A stretch of 64,000 bases of DNA. It comes from Alphaproteobacteria bacterium MarineAlpha5_Bin7. GTDB lineage: Bacteria > Pseudomonadota > Alphaproteobacteria > HIMB59 > GCA-002718135. The translations under genes and the position numbers were made by a program. The stretch is from positions 5,794-69,793 of the forward strand of contig PTKX01000004.1 in assembly GCA_002938195.1 (NCBI GenBank). Direction: 5' to 3'. The number at the start of each line of letters is the position of its first letter. Position 1 is the stretch's first letter. The notes under the pieces are model-generated. The model was not told the DNA's origin. It saw only the letters and a list, made by a program, of their open reading frames with translations, and made no database searches. Below are positions 38,697 to 49,310 of the stretch, in pieces.

Positions 38697-39866
38697 TTAA
38701 AAAGCGTCAATATTTGTCTGAAATTTACCTAAGATTAATGAATGAATATCCTCAGTCCCTTCATAAGTTTTAACTGTTTCTAGATTTACCAAATGTCTCA
38801 TAACATGATATTCTTCTAATATTCCATTAGCGCCTAAAATATCTCTTGATTCTCTAGCAATCTCAATAGCTTTTAAACAATTGTTTCTTTTTAAAAGACT
38901 AATCGCAATTTTTATATCTTTATTTTTATCCATTGCTCTTCCAGCATGTAAACAACCACTCCAGCCTAGAGATATTTCAGTTTGCATGATGGCTAGTTTT
39001 TTTTGAATTAACTGTTTTGATGCCAAAGGCTTATTAAACATTATTCTATTTTCAGCATATTCTTTAGCTATTAACCAACAAGTTTGCGCCGCACCAATTG
39101 AACCCCACGCAATTCCATATCTAGCATTATTTAAACAAGAAAATACTGATTTCCATCCTTCAGTTTTTTGTAAAATATTTTGTTTTGGCACCTTAACATT
39201 ATTTAAAATTATTTGACCAGTTTGACTAATTCTTAAACTTGTTTTATTTTTAATTAGAGATGTTGATAATCCTTCAGTATTTTTTTCAATTATAAATCCT
39301 TTAATATTTTTTTTAGTATCTATAGCCCAAATTATAAAAATATCAGCAATTGGCGCATTAGTAATCCAGTTTTTGGTTCCATTTAAAATGTAATAATTAT
39401 TTTCTTCTTTATAGTTAGTCTTCATCGAACTGGGATCAGAACCAGCTTCGCTTTCTGTTAAACCAAAACAACCTATTGTTTTTCCTTTTATAAGATCAGG
39501 TAAATATTTATTTTTTTGTTCTTCAGACCCAAAATAATAAATTGGGTGAATAACTAGTGAAGATTGAACTGATATTGCTGATCTATAACTACTGTCAATT
39601 GCTTCCATTGCAGCAGCAATTAAACCATAGGATACTTTATTTATATTAGCTGAACCATAACCTTCAATAGTTGATCCTAGAAAACCCATTGATCCAAGAT
39701 TTTTGTAAATATCTTTATCAAAAAAATTATCCCTATTATCTTTTACCACTTTTGGCAGCAAATACTTATTACAAAAATCATGAGCTGATTTTCTTATAGA
39801 TTTTTCTTCTTCACTTAATAAATCCTCCAAATAAAGAGGATCTAGCCATAATTTGTCAGATTGCAT
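38697..39866 (-). CDS. gcdH: glutaryl-CoA dehydrogenase (acyl-CoA dehydrogenase family)
   Basis: 'YRSAISVQSSLVIHPI', 'GCFGLTESEAGSDPSSM' and C-terminal 'YEGTEDIH' motifs. Confidence 0.82.
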   Translation of the reverse strand: MQSDKLWLDPLYLEDLLSEEEKSIRKSAHDFCNKYLLPKVVKDNRDNFFDKDIYKNLGSMGFLGSTIEGYGSANINKVSYGLIAAAMEAIDSSYRSAISVQSSLVIHPIYYFGSEEQKNKYLPDLIKGKTIGCFGLTESEAGSDPSSMKTNYKEENNYYILNGTKNWITNAPIADIFIIWAIDTKKNIKGFIIEKNTEGLSTSLIKNKTSLRISQTGQIILNNVKVPKQNILQKTEGWKSVFSCLNNARYGIAWGSIGAAQTCWLIAKEYAENRIMFNKPLASKQLIQKKLAIMQTEISLGWSGCLHAGRAMDKNKDIKIAISLLKRNNCLKAIEIARESRDILGANGILEEYHVMRHLVNLETVKTYEGTEDIHSLILGKFQTNIDAF

Positions 39867-39922
39867 AATATATAATAATATAGTGTAATTTTAATTATTA
39901 GGTATTATTAACTTACTATTAT

Positions 39923-40345
39923 ATGAAAGAAACTATTTATATAGCATCTGACCATGCTGGTTTTAATTTAAAAAACCAGATTATTGAAACGCATAATAAT
40001 TTTATAGATTTAGGGACAAACAATGAAGAAAGAGTTGATTATCCTGATTTTGCAATAGATTTGATAGAAAAGATTAATAAAAATGAAAAAGCAAAAGGAG
40101 TATTAATCTGCGGATCTGGAGTAGGTATGAGTATAGCAGCTAATCGAGATAAGCACATTAGAGCTGGTCTAGCTTTTAACTCTGAAGTTGCTGGATTAAT
40201 AAGGAAACACAATAATGCCAATGTTTTAGTATTGCCAGGAAGATTTATGAATATACAGGAAGCCCTAAAATGTATAAATAATTTCCTTAATTCTAATTTT
40301 GAAGGTGGAAGACATTTAAAAAGAGTCAATAAATTAACCAAATAA
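39923..40345 (+). CDS. rpiB: ribose-5-phosphate isomerase B
   Basis: 'IASDHAG' and '[15 protein letters not shown]' motifs. Confidence 0.9.
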   Translation: MKETIYIASDHAGFNLKNQIIETHNNFIDLGTNNEERVDYPDFAIDLIEKINKNEKAKGVLICGSGVGMSIAANRDKHIRAGLAFNSEVAGLIRKHNNANVLVLPGRFMNIQEALKCINNFLNSNFEGGRHLKRVNKLTK

Positions 40346-40350
40346 CGCAA

Positions 40351-41637
40351 ATGAGCAATTTATATAATCAAAAATTAAAAGAATCAGATCCAGAAGTTTA
40401 TCAATCTTTGGAAAAAGAACTTATTCGTCAACAAAATCAAATAGAGCTAATTGCATCTGAAAATATTTGTTCTCTAGCTGTGTTGAATGCTCAGGGATCT
40501 ATTATGACAAATAAATATGCTGAGGGATATCCTCACAAAAGATATTATGGTGGTTGTGAATTTGTAGATCAAGCTGAAGAAATAGCTCTAGAAAGAGTTA
40601 AAAAACTTTATAATTGTAAGTATGCTAATTTACAATCTCATAGTGGAGCTCAAGCAAATCAAGCTGTTTTTTTAGCCCTTCTTAAACCACATGATACAAT
40701 TTTAGGAATGTCTTTAGCTTCAGGTGGTCATTTAACACACGGAGCAAAACCAAATATTTCTGGCAAATGGTTTAATTCAATACAATACGGAGTTAAAAAA
40801 GAGGGCAATGAAAAAGATTTAATTGATTATGAAGAAGTAGAAAGATTAGCTAAAGAACATAAGCCCAAACTCATTATTGCAGGAGCTTCAGCTTATCCAA
40901 GAAAAATAGATTGGAAAAGATTTAAACAAATATCTGAAGAAACAGGAGCTTATTTTCTTGTAGATATGGCTCATTATTCGGGACTCATTGCTGCAAATGA
41001 ATATCCAAGTCCAATAGAATTTGCTGATGTAGTTACTTCAACAACCCATAAAACTTTAAGAGGTGCAAGAAGTGCAATGATTCTAACTAACAACGAAGAA
41101 ATATATAAAAAGGTTAATTCTGCTGTTTTCCCTGGATTACAAGGAGGTCCCTTGATGCATGTTATGGCAGCTAAAGCTGTTGCATTTGGAGAAGCTTTAA
41201 AACCAGATTTTAAGATATATATTCAGCAAGTAATTTCAAATGCGAAGGTCTTAGCGCAAGTTTTAGTTAATAGAGGTTTTAAGGTGGTAACTGGTGGAAC
41301 AGATTCACATATTGTATGGCTTGATTTAAGCCCTAAGAATCTTACTGGCGATAAAGCAGAAAAATTATTAGAAGAAGTAGGAATAGCATGCAACAAAAAT
41401 GCTATACCTTATGATCCAAATCCTCCAAAAATAACATCTGGATTACGATTTGGTACTCCAGCAGCAACTTCAAGAGGTTTTAATAATGAAGATTTTACTA
41501 ATGTTGGAAACATGATTGCAGATGCTTTAGATAGTTTATTGCTTGAAGAAAAACAAAGAATAGATATTTGTAGATTAATTAATAAAAAAGTTGTTGAGTT
41601 ATGTTCAAAGTATAAAATTTATGATGAGGCTTATTAA
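40351..41637 (+). CDS. glyA: serine hydroxymethyltransferase
   Basis: 'ELIASEN' and PLP site '[10 protein letters not shown]'. Confidence 0.95.
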   Translation: MSNLYNQKLKESDPEVYQSLEKELIRQQNQIELIASENICSLAVLNAQGSIMTNKYAEGYPHKRYYGGCEFVDQAEEIALERVKKLYNCKYANLQSHSGAQANQAVFLALLKPHDTILGMSLASGGHLTHGAKPNISGKWFNSIQYGVKKEGNEKDLIDYEEVERLAKEHKPKLIIAGASAYPRKIDWKRFKQISEETGAYFLVDMAHYSGLIAANEYPSPIEFADVVTSTTHKTLRGARSAMILTNNEEIYKKVNSAVFPGLQGGPLMHVMAAKAVAFGEALKPDFKIYIQQVISNAKVLAQVLVNRGFKVVTGGTDSHIVWLDLSPKNLTGDKAEKLLEEVGIACNKNAIPYDPNPPKITSGLRFGTPAATSRGFNNEDFTNVGNMIADALDSLLLEEKQRIDICRLINKKVVELCSKYKIYDEAY

Positions 41638-42089
41638 TGCGCTGTCCTTTTTGTAGTAACGAAGATTCTCAGGTTAAAGATTCTAGACCAACTGAAGATA
41701 ATACCGCTATAAGAAGAAGAAGAATTTGTGATCAATGTGGATCAAGATTTACTACATTTGAAAGAATTCAATTAAGAGATTTAATTGTTTTAAAAAATAA
41801 TGGTCAAAAAGAAATATTTGACAGAGATAAAATGTTTAGAGCCATTTCCTTAGCTTTAAGGAAAAGAACTGTAGATCAAGATAAAATTGAAAAAATTGTA
41901 AATGCAATTGTAAGGAAATTAGAAAATTCTGGTGAAACTGAAATTAAATCTAGTCTTATTGGCGAGTATATTATGGATGCATTATCTCATTTAGATCAAG
42001 TTGCGTATGTAAGATTTGCATCTGTTTATAAAAATTTTAGAGAAGCAAAAGATTTTGAAGATTTTCTTGATAATTTAGAAGACAAATAA
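41637..42089 (+). CDS. nrdR: transcriptional repressor NrdR
   Basis: Zinc ribbon 'MRCPFC...[12 protein letters not shown]' and an ATP-cone domain. Confidence 0.93.
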   Translation: MRCPFCSNEDSQVKDSRPTEDNTAIRRRRICDQCGSRFTTFERIQLRDLIVLKNNGQKEIFDRDKMFRAISLALRKRTVDQDKIEKIVNAIVRKLENSGETEIKSSLIGEYIMDALSHLDQVAYVRFASVYKNFREAKDFEDFLDNLEDK

Positions 42090-42096
42090 TTATTTC

Positions 42097-43179
42097 GTGG
42101 CAAATACTCATAAAAATTTTTTATTAATGGCACATTCACTTGCTTTAAAAAATTTTGGTAAAACTTTTCCTAATCCATCTGTTGGTTGTATAATTGTTAA
42201 AAATAATAAGATTATTTCACAGGGTGTCACAGCAAAAGCAGGTAGACCTCATGCAGAAGAGATAGCTTTAAAAAAATCTGGAAAAAAGTCTAAAGATTCT
42301 ACAATGTATGTAACATTAGAACCTTGTCATCATAAATCATACAATGGTTCATGTACAAATCAAATTATTAGATCAGGAATTAAGAATATTTTTATTGCGT
42401 TAATAGATCCGGACCCTAGAACTAATAAAAAAAGTATAAAAAAATTTAATGAAAATAATATAAATGTTAATTTAGGTTTAACAGGAAATAAAACTTATGC
42501 TCTAAATAAATTTTTTTTTGAAAGCCTAAAAAATAAAAGACCTTATACTAAAGTTAAAATGGCTATTTCTAAAGATGAAAAAATAGCATGGCAAGATTAT
42601 AAAAGTAAGTGGATTTCTAATAATCAAAGCAGGGAATATTCGCATATTTTAAGGTATAATAGTCAAGCTATATTAACTTCTTCAAAGACTGTCATTCTTG
42701 ATAATCCTAAATTTACAGTTAGAAAAAATAATAAAATTATTAAGTATTTGCCAGTGATAATTATTGATACCTCTCTTAAGATTCCTTTAAAATCTAATAT
42801 ATTAAAATATATTTCTAAAAGAAGAATTATAATTTTTACCGCAAAAAAAGATAAAAAATTTAAAGTTTTAAAAAGATTAGGATGTGAATTAATTAATATA
42901 AAAAAAAATAATAAATCAGAACTAAATCTAGATTTAATATTCAGAAAAATTTATGATCTTGGGATCAAAGATATTCAAGTTGAAGCTGGAGGTATATTTC
43001 TCACTAATTTATTAAAAGAAAAATTAGTCAATGAACTGCATATTTTTAAATCTCCAAAAAAAATTGGAAGTAATGGAATCCCATTAATAGTGAATAATTC
43101 GATCAAAAAATTTAATTTTAAAACCACAGATAAAAAGAAATTTGGTAATAATGAATATACAAAATATTTAATTAATTGA
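42097..43179 (+). CDS. ribD: bifunctional riboflavin biosynthesis deaminase/reductase
   Basis: GTG start, deaminase 'HAEEIAL...TLEPCHH' motif, and a C-terminal reductase domain. Confidence 0.9.
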   Translation: MANTHKNFLLMAHSLALKNFGKTFPNPSVGCIIVKNNKIISQGVTAKAGRPHAEEIALKKSGKKSKDSTMYVTLEPCHHKSYNGSCTNQIIRSGIKNIFIALIDPDPRTNKKSIKKFNENNINVNLGLTGNKTYALNKFFFESLKNKRPYTKVKMAISKDEKIAWQDYKSKWISNNQSREYSHILRYNSQAILTSSKTVILDNPKFTVRKNNKIIKYLPVIIIDTSLKIPLKSNILKYISKRRIIIFTAKKDKKFKVLKRLGCELINIKKNNKSELNLDLIFRKIYDLGIKDIQVEAGGIFLTNLLKEKLVNELHIFKSPKKIGSNGIPLIVNNSIKKFNFKTTDKKKFGNNEYTKYLIN

Positions 43180-43181
43180 TT

Positions 43182-43781
43182 ATGTTTGCAGGAATCATTC
43201 AAGGACTAGGCACTATTGAAAAATTTAATTCAGATGAATTATTTTTTAGAACTCCATTAGATCTTCAAGATTGCAAAATAGGATCCTCAATATGTTGTAA
43301 TGGTGTTTGTTTGACTGCTAAAACAATTGAAAAACAAGAGAATCGCGACTACATTTTTTCAGTAAATATTGGTGAAGAAACAAGATTTAGAACCAACTTA
43401 CTTAATGATAATTTACCAAAATCAAATTTTATTAATATTGAAAAATCCATTAAATTAGGTCAAGAGATATCAGGGCATTTAGTTTATGGACATGTTGATT
43501 GTGTTACCAAAATACTTAAAATAGAAAAATTAGCTTCAAGTTGGACTTTCGAGTTTGAAAAAAAGCAAACAGATAAAAAAATGAATAAATTTATTGTTGA
43601 AAAAGGTTCTATTGCAATAAATGGAATTTCATTAACTGTTGCCTCATTATCAGCTAATTCCTTCTTTATTTCTATTATTTCTCATACTTTTGAAAATACT
43701 AATTTGAATAAAGCTAAAGAAAATGATTTAGTTAATATAGAATTTGATGCTTTGGCAAGATATGTTGTAAAAGATGAATAA
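43182..43781 (+). CDS. ribE: riboflavin synthase alpha chain
   Basis: 'MFAGIIQGLG' and duplicated lumazine-binding repeats ('NGVCLT', 'NGISLT'). Confidence 0.9.
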   Translation: MFAGIIQGLGTIEKFNSDELFFRTPLDLQDCKIGSSICCNGVCLTAKTIEKQENRDYIFSVNIGEETRFRTNLLNDNLPKSNFINIEKSIKLGQEISGHLVYGHVDCVTKILKIEKLASSWTFEFEKKQTDKKMNKFIVEKGSIAINGISLTVASLSANSFFISIISHTFENTNLNKAKENDLVNIEFDALARYVVKDE

Positions 43782-44877
43782 TAAGGATATTTCAAAATCT
43801 CTTTCTCCAATTGAAGAAATTATTAGTGAGGCAAGAAATGGCAAAATGTTTATTCTTGTCGATGATCCTGATAGAGAAAATGAAGGTGATCTCATTCTTC
43901 CTGCTCAAATGATTACTGCTGAAGCTGTTAATTTTATGGCAAAATATGGCAGAGGACTAATTTGTCTTGCTTTAACCAAACAAAGAATCAATGATCTTAA
44001 ACTTCCATTAATGAATCCTTCTAATCAAAAAAATGATTTAACCGCCTTTACTATCTCTATAGAAGCTAAAGAAGGAGTAACTACAGGAATTTCTGCAGCA
44101 GATAGGGCGCATACTATCTCAACTGCTATAGATAATGATAAGAGAAAAGATGATATAGTATCTCCTGGCCATATATTTCCCTTAATGGCTTGGGATGGCG
44201 GAGTGCTTGAAAGAGCTGGTCATACTGAAGCAGCTGTAGATATTTCAAAAATAGCTGACTTAAATCCATCAGGAGTTATTTGTGAAATAATGAGCGAAGA
44301 TGGAAGCATGGCTAGATTGCCAGAATTAATAAATTTTGCAAAACAACATTCTCTTAAGATAGGCACAGTTTCAGATTTAATTAAATACCGTTTAAAAAAT
44401 TCTAAAATTATTGAACTAGACTCAGAAAGAAATTTTGAAAGTGAAATGGGGAAGGACTTTAAGCTTAAAATATTTAAAAATACTCTTTCAGGAGAAAAAC
44501 ACTATGCTTTGGTTAAAAATATATCAATTAATACTGAAGCAACATATGTAAGAATGCACAAATTAGATATTACAAAAGATATATTTGAAGAAAAAAATAT
44601 ATTTGGCGATGAGATATCTAAATCATTTAAGATAATAGAAAATAAAGGTTCAGGTGCAATTGTTTTAATTAATAGTGATATGGCACCAAATATAGAAAAA
44701 ATCTTTAAAAGAAGAGATTCCGAAGATAGCAAATTAGAATTGAGAGAATATGGAGTAGGGGCTCAAATATTACTGGAATTAGGTTTGCACAAAATTGTAT
44801 TATTGTCTAATAGCAATAAAAAAATCATTGCTTTAGATGGTTTTGATTTAGAAATTGTATCACAAGAAAAAATATAA
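43774..44877 (+). CDS. ribB: 3,4-dihydroxy-2-butanone-4-phosphate synthase fused to a degenerate GTP cyclohydrolase II-like domain (RibBX type)
   Basis: The N-terminal half has 'DRENEGDLI' and 'GHTEAAVD' (RibB). The C-terminal half aligns to RibA ('[13 protein letters not shown]', '[11 protein letters not shown]') but contains no Cys at all. Confidence 0.85.
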   Translation: MNNKDISKSLSPIEEIISEARNGKMFILVDDPDRENEGDLILPAQMITAEAVNFMAKYGRGLICLALTKQRINDLKLPLMNPSNQKNDLTAFTISIEAKEGVTTGISAADRAHTISTAIDNDKRKDDIVSPGHIFPLMAWDGGVLERAGHTEAAVDISKIADLNPSGVICEIMSEDGSMARLPELINFAKQHSLKIGTVSDLIKYRLKNSKIIELDSERNFESEMGKDFKLKIFKNTLSGEKHYALVKNISINTEATYVRMHKLDITKDIFEEKNIFGDEISKSFKIIENKGSGAIVLINSDMAPNIEKIFKRRDSEDSKLELREYGVGAQILLELGLHKIVLLSNSNKKIIALDGFDLEIVSQEKI

Positions 44878-45320
44878 TGATAAAAAGGAAAGTTCTTCTC
44901 GTTGTTGCAAATTACTATAATGATATTGCAGATGATTTAGTCTCAGGAGCTTTAAAATATATTAATAGCAATGAAACTATTGATGATACTTTTAAAATAG
45001 AGCATTCAATACAAAAAGTTCCAGGCGCTTTTGAAATACCTTTTATAATTAGTTCTAAAAGAAATCTATATGATGGATTTATTGCCTTAGGTTGTATTAT
45101 TAAGGGTGAAACTTATCATTTTGAGGTTATTTCAAATGAAGTTACTAGAAAATTAATGGATTTATCTATTGATATTAATAAACCTATTGGCTTTGGTTTA
45201 CTTACTTGTCACAATAAAAAACAAGCTAAAGAAAGAAGTGATCCTGATAAGGGAAATAAAGGTGCAGAAGCAGCTATCGGTTGTTTTAGTGGATTGTTCC
45301 CGAAGTATATAAATGGATAA
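44877..45320 (+). CDS. ribH: 6,7-dimethyl-8-ribityllumazine synthase
   Basis: 'VPGAFEIPF' and 'GCIIKGETYHFE' motifs. Confidence 0.92.
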   Translation: MIKRKVLLVVANYYNDIADDLVSGALKYINSNETIDDTFKIEHSIQKVPGAFEIPFIISSKRNLYDGFIALGCIIKGETYHFEVISNEVTRKLMDLSIDINKPIGFGLLTCHNKKQAKERSDPDKGNKGAEAAIGCFSGLFPKYING

Positions 45321-45756
45321 TAAACTAAAATCCAAAACTAGACTCGCAGCAATTCAATTAATTGCACAACACTTAATAAATAATCAGGATATTGATTTAA
45401 TTAAAGACGATTTTGATAAAAATTATCGTAATACAGTTTTAGATGAAAATTCTATTAAAATTCAATATAATGTTAATTTTTTATCAAAATTGATTAATTA
45501 TTTTAAAACTATTGATTTTTCAGGCTTATCTAAAGAAATTAATAATATAATTAAATTTAATAGAACTTTTGAAAAGTGGGATACAATAAACCAAGCAATA
45601 ATTTTAACATCTTTAGGCGAGTTAAGAAACTGCGATAAAACTAAAATTAATATAATATTAAATGATTATATTGAAATCTCAAAATCTTTTGTAACATTAA
45701 AAGAAACTAAATTAATCAATTCTATTCTAGATAAATTAATTCATGAAAATAAATAG
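45313..45756 (+). CDS. nusB: transcription antitermination factor NusB
   Basis: 'RLAAIQLIAQ', size, and the conserved position after ribH. Confidence 0.82.
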   Translation: MDNKLKSKTRLAAIQLIAQHLINNQDIDLIKDDFDKNYRNTVLDENSIKIQYNVNFLSKLINYFKTIDFSGLSKEINNIIKFNRTFEKWDTINQAIILTSLGELRNCDKTKINIILNDYIEISKSFVTLKETKLINSILDKLIHENK

Positions 45757-46717
45757 TCAAATATCGGAACAATATATAATTAATAAATTTTTAAAAAAAT
45801 TGAATTTAAAAAAAAAAGAAACTTATAACTTTAAAAATGATGCAGCTTTTATAAAAAATCCTAAAAACAAACATATAGTTATCACAACTGATACAATTCT
45901 TGAATCTATTGATTTTTTTAAAAATGATCCGCCAGATTCTATAGCTAACAAAATTATTACTTGTAATCTATCAGATATTTCATCAATGGGAGCATATCCT
46001 TATGCATATACCCTGTCTTTATGTTTACCTAAGACTATTAATAATAATTGGTTAAAAAAATTTACTAAAAAATTATTATATCTACAAAAAAAATATAATT
46101 TTTTTTTAATTGGAGGCGACTTATCTGAATCAAAAAAAATTGTAATTTCTTCAAGTTTTTTTGGTTTTGCATCAAAGGGAAAAATCTTAAATAGATTAGG
46201 AGCTCTAACAAATCATGAAATTTGGATTACGGGTAACATAGGTGAATCTGCAATTGGATTAAAAATAAAACAAAAAAAAATTAAATTAAATTATAATAAT
46301 AAAAAATACTTTTTAAATAAATATCTTTATCCAAGTCATTGCTCTTTTGGTGATAAAATATGCAAATATGCATCTTCTTCTATAGATATTTCTGATGGTT
46401 TTTATGGAGATTTATCACATTTATTAAAAGAAAAAAATCTAGGCGCTTCTATTAATAGTAAACTTCTACCTTTTTCTAAAAGAGCTAAAGATTTGATCTT
46501 AAACAAAATTGTTAAAATAAATTTATTATTGTCTTCAGGCGACGATTATCAGTTAATATTTACAGCTAGTCCCAAAAATTCATTGAAAATTAAAAGAATA
46601 GCAAAGAAAAATAATATAAAAATTACTAGAGTAGGAAAGATAATTGATAGAAAGGGCATATATCTTGATAACAGGAAAATTAAAATTATTAACAAATCAT
46701 TCCAACATTTTGCCTAA
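45743..46717 (+). CDS. thiL: thiamine-monophosphate kinase
   Basis: 'NDAAFI...VITTDTILESIDF' and 'IGGDLS' motifs. It follows nusB. Confidence 0.85.
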   Translation: MKINSQISEQYIINKFLKKLNLKKKETYNFKNDAAFIKNPKNKHIVITTDTILESIDFFKNDPPDSIANKIITCNLSDISSMGAYPYAYTLSLCLPKTINNNWLKKFTKKLLYLQKKYNFFLIGGDLSESKKIVISSSFFGFASKGKILNRLGALTNHEIWITGNIGESAIGLKIKQKKIKLNYNNKKYFLNKYLYPSHCSFGDKICKYASSSIDISDGFYGDLSHLLKEKNLGASINSKLLPFSKRAKDLILNKIVKINLLLSSGDDYQLIFTASPKNSLKIKRIAKKNNIKITRVGKIIDRKGIYLDNRKIKIINKSFQHFA

Positions 46718-46778
46718 TTTCTTGATTTTTTTTATCCTTTCTGACATATGAACTAAAAATTTAAGGAGCTCTAAAAAA

Positions 46779-48869
46779 ATGACAATCATGCAAACTTTAA
46801 TATTATTGTGCGGACTTTCAGCTGTTCTATATGGGATTATTACATCAAGACAAATCTTATCTTTAAGTCCAGGAAATGAAAAAATGCAAGAAATTGCTAA
46901 AGCTATTCAAGAAGGAGCTAAAGCATATTTAAATCGTCAATATTTAACAATTTCAATTGTTGGAATAATTATTTTTATTTTGATTTGGATAATTTTTGAT
47001 CTATTTTCTGCAATAGGGTTTTTAATTGGAGCTTTCTTTTCTGGTGCAGCAGGGTATGTTGGCATGAACATATCAGTAAGATCAAATGTTAGAACTACTG
47101 AAGCAGCTAGTTCATCTTTAGCAAAAGGATTATCAGTATCTTTTAAAGCAGGAGCTGTTACAGGAATGTTAGTTGCAGGATTTGCACTTTTATCAGTAGC
47201 AGCTTATTATTTTGTTCTTGATAATTCTGGAAATTTTGAAGATAGGGCAATTGTTGCCCCTTTAGTATCTTTAGGATTTGGAGCTTCATTAATTTCAATT
47301 TTTGCTAGACTTGGAGGTGGAATTTTTACTAAGGGTGCTGATGTTGGAGCAGATCTAGTAGGTAAAGTTGAAGCAGGTATTCCTGAAGATGATCCTAGAA
47401 ATCCAGCAGTTATTGCAGATAATGTTGGCGACAACGTAGGTGATTGTGCAGGAATGGCAGCTGATTTATTTGAAACATATGTCGTTACAGTTGTTGCTAC
47501 AATGGTTTTAGCATCATTCTTTTTTGATCCAAGTATGGTATCAAAAATGATGATGTATCCTTTATCTATTGCAGGTGTATGTACAATTGCTAGTATAATA
47601 GGAACTTACTTTGTAAGACTGGGTAGCAGTCAAAATATTATGTTAGCTCTTTATAAAGGTTTTGCAGTTTCTGCAATTTTATCAGCTATTTTATTATATT
47701 TTATTACTGACCATGTAATAGGTTTATCTGAAGTTTTTGAATTATTTAAAGGGACACCAAAAGAAATTACATTTTCTGGCATGTCACTTTTTTATTGTGG
47801 AATTATTGGACTTGTTGTTACAGGATTAATTATTTGGGTTACTGAATATTATACAGGTACAAATTATCGACCTGTTCAAAGTATTGCTAAATCATCTACC
47901 ACAGGACACGGCACTAATGTAATTCAGGGCTTAGCTATTAGTTTAGAGGCTACAGCATTACCTGCTATTATAATTATAGCTGGAATAATAATTACTTACT
48001 CTTTAGCTGGTCTTTTTGGAATAGCTATAGCTGTTACAACTATGTTAGCATTAGCTGGAATGGTCGTAGCACTTGATGCATACGGTCCAGTTACAGATAA
48101 TGCAGGTGGGATTGCAGAAATGTCAGAACTTGATGAAAATGTTAGAAAAACTACAGATGCTTTAGATGCAGTAGGCAATACAACAAAAGCAGTTACTAAA
48201 GGTTATGCAATTGGTTCAGCCGGATTAGGCGCACTTGTCCTTTTTGCTGCTTATACCGAAGATGTTTCTCATTACGGGTTAGAAGTATCATTTGATTTAT
48301 CTAACCCCTATGTTGTAGTAGGTTTATTATTAGGAGGTCTTCTTCCTTATTTATTTGGAGCAATGAGTATGACTGCAGTAGGTAGAGCTGCTGGTGCAGT
48401 TGTTGTAGAAGTTAGAAGGCAGTTTAAGGAGATACCAGGAATTATGGAAGGTAAAGGAAAACCTGAGTATGGAAAATGTGTAGATATATTAACTAAAGCT
48501 GCAATTAAAGAGATGATTATTCCTTCAATGTTACCTGTTCTATCTCCAATTATAGTTTATTTTATTATTTTATTTATAGCAGGTCAAACTGCTGCCCTTG
48601 CTTGTTTAGGAGCATTACTACTAGGAGTAATAATTACTGGTTTATTTGTTGCTATAAGTATGACTGCTGGTGGAGGTGCTTGGGATAATGCAAAAAAATA
48701 TATTGAAGATGGAAATTATGGAGGAAAAGGAAGTGAAGCTCATAAAGCTGCAGTAACTGGAGACACTGTAGGTGATCCTTATAAGGATACAGCAGGACCT
48801 GCCGTTAATCCAATGATAAAGATTACTAATATTGTTGCACTACTATTGCTTGCTTCTTTATCTCTGTAA
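46779..48869 (+). CDS. hppA: membrane-bound H+-translocating pyrophosphatase (K+-independent type)
   Basis: '[13 protein letters not shown]', '[16 protein letters not shown]' and '[14 protein letters not shown]' motifs. SD 'aaggag' lies upstream. Confidence 0.93.
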   Translation: MTIMQTLILLCGLSAVLYGIITSRQILSLSPGNEKMQEIAKAIQEGAKAYLNRQYLTISIVGIIIFILIWIIFDLFSAIGFLIGAFFSGAAGYVGMNISVRSNVRTTEAASSSLAKGLSVSFKAGAVTGMLVAGFALLSVAAYYFVLDNSGNFEDRAIVAPLVSLGFGASLISIFARLGGGIFTKGADVGADLVGKVEAGIPEDDPRNPAVIADNVGDNVGDCAGMAADLFETYVVTVVATMVLASFFFDPSMVSKMMMYPLSIAGVCTIASIIGTYFVRLGSSQNIMLALYKGFAVSAILSAILLYFITDHVIGLSEVFELFKGTPKEITFSGMSLFYCGIIGLVVTGLIIWVTEYYTGTNYRPVQSIAKSSTTGHGTNVIQGLAISLEATALPAIIIIAGIIITYSLAGLFGIAIAVTTMLALAGMVVALDAYGPVTDNAGGIAEMSELDENVRKTTDALDAVGNTTKAVTKGYAIGSAGLGALVLFAAYTEDVSHYGLEVSFDLSNPYVVVGLLLGGLLPYLFGAMSMTAVGRAAGAVVVEVRRQFKEIPGIMEGKGKPEYGKCVDILTKAAIKEMIIPSMLPVLSPIIVYFIILFIAGQTAALACLGALLLGVIITGLFVAISMTAGGGAWDNAKKYIEDGNYGGKGSEAHKAAVTGDTVGDPYKDTAGPAVNPMIKITNIVALLLLASLSL

Positions 48870-48870
48870 A

Positions 48871-49305
48871 TTATTCTGTGGTTGTAGGAATATTATTTCC
48901 TACACCACCAAATATTTTTTCTATTAAACCTTTTTGCAATATATTATTTGGTGTTTTTTCTTTGATAAATTCTATATCTTTTTCATCGTTTAAATCATAT
49001 TTAGCGATTGAAATTATTGTTTGATTTTCGTCAAAATTAAAAACGATCATTTTTCTATCTATAATCTTTTGATTGAAGAAATTTTTAACTTGTTTTTGTT
49101 CAGAAAAATAATAATATTTATTTTCGATAGGATCAATAAAATCTGGTTGACCAATAAAAGTCAAGACTTCTTCTTTATAATTTAGATTTTTTGTATTAAA
49201 GTCTCCAGTATTTAAAATTTTACCAGAATATGTTATTTTTTCGCTACAGTTTGGAATAATAGATATTAAAAAGATTAATAATAAAAATTTATATAAAAAT
49301 ATCAT
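48871..49305 (-). CDS. bamE: outer membrane protein assembly factor BamE (SmpA/OmlA family lipoprotein)
   Basis: A signal peptide ending in the atypical lipobox-like 'IIPNC', and a BamE-like core ('EEVLTFIGQPDF...YYYF'). Confidence 0.6.
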   Translation of the reverse strand: MIFLYKFLLLIFLISIIPNCSEKITYSGKILNTGDFNTKNLNYKEEVLTFIGQPDFIDPIENKYYYFSEQKQVKNFFNQKIIDRKMIVFNFDENQTIISIAKYDLNDEKDIEFIKEKTPNNILQKGLIEKIFGGVGNNIPTTTE

Positions 49306-49310
49306 TGTTT

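Noticed and set aside
39867-40350. Possible glycine, FMN or TPP riboswitches upstream of glyA, the rib genes or thiL.
   Set aside because: The available upstream spacers are 56 nt or less and mostly 7 nt or less, with no conserved riboswitch core sequences recognisable.
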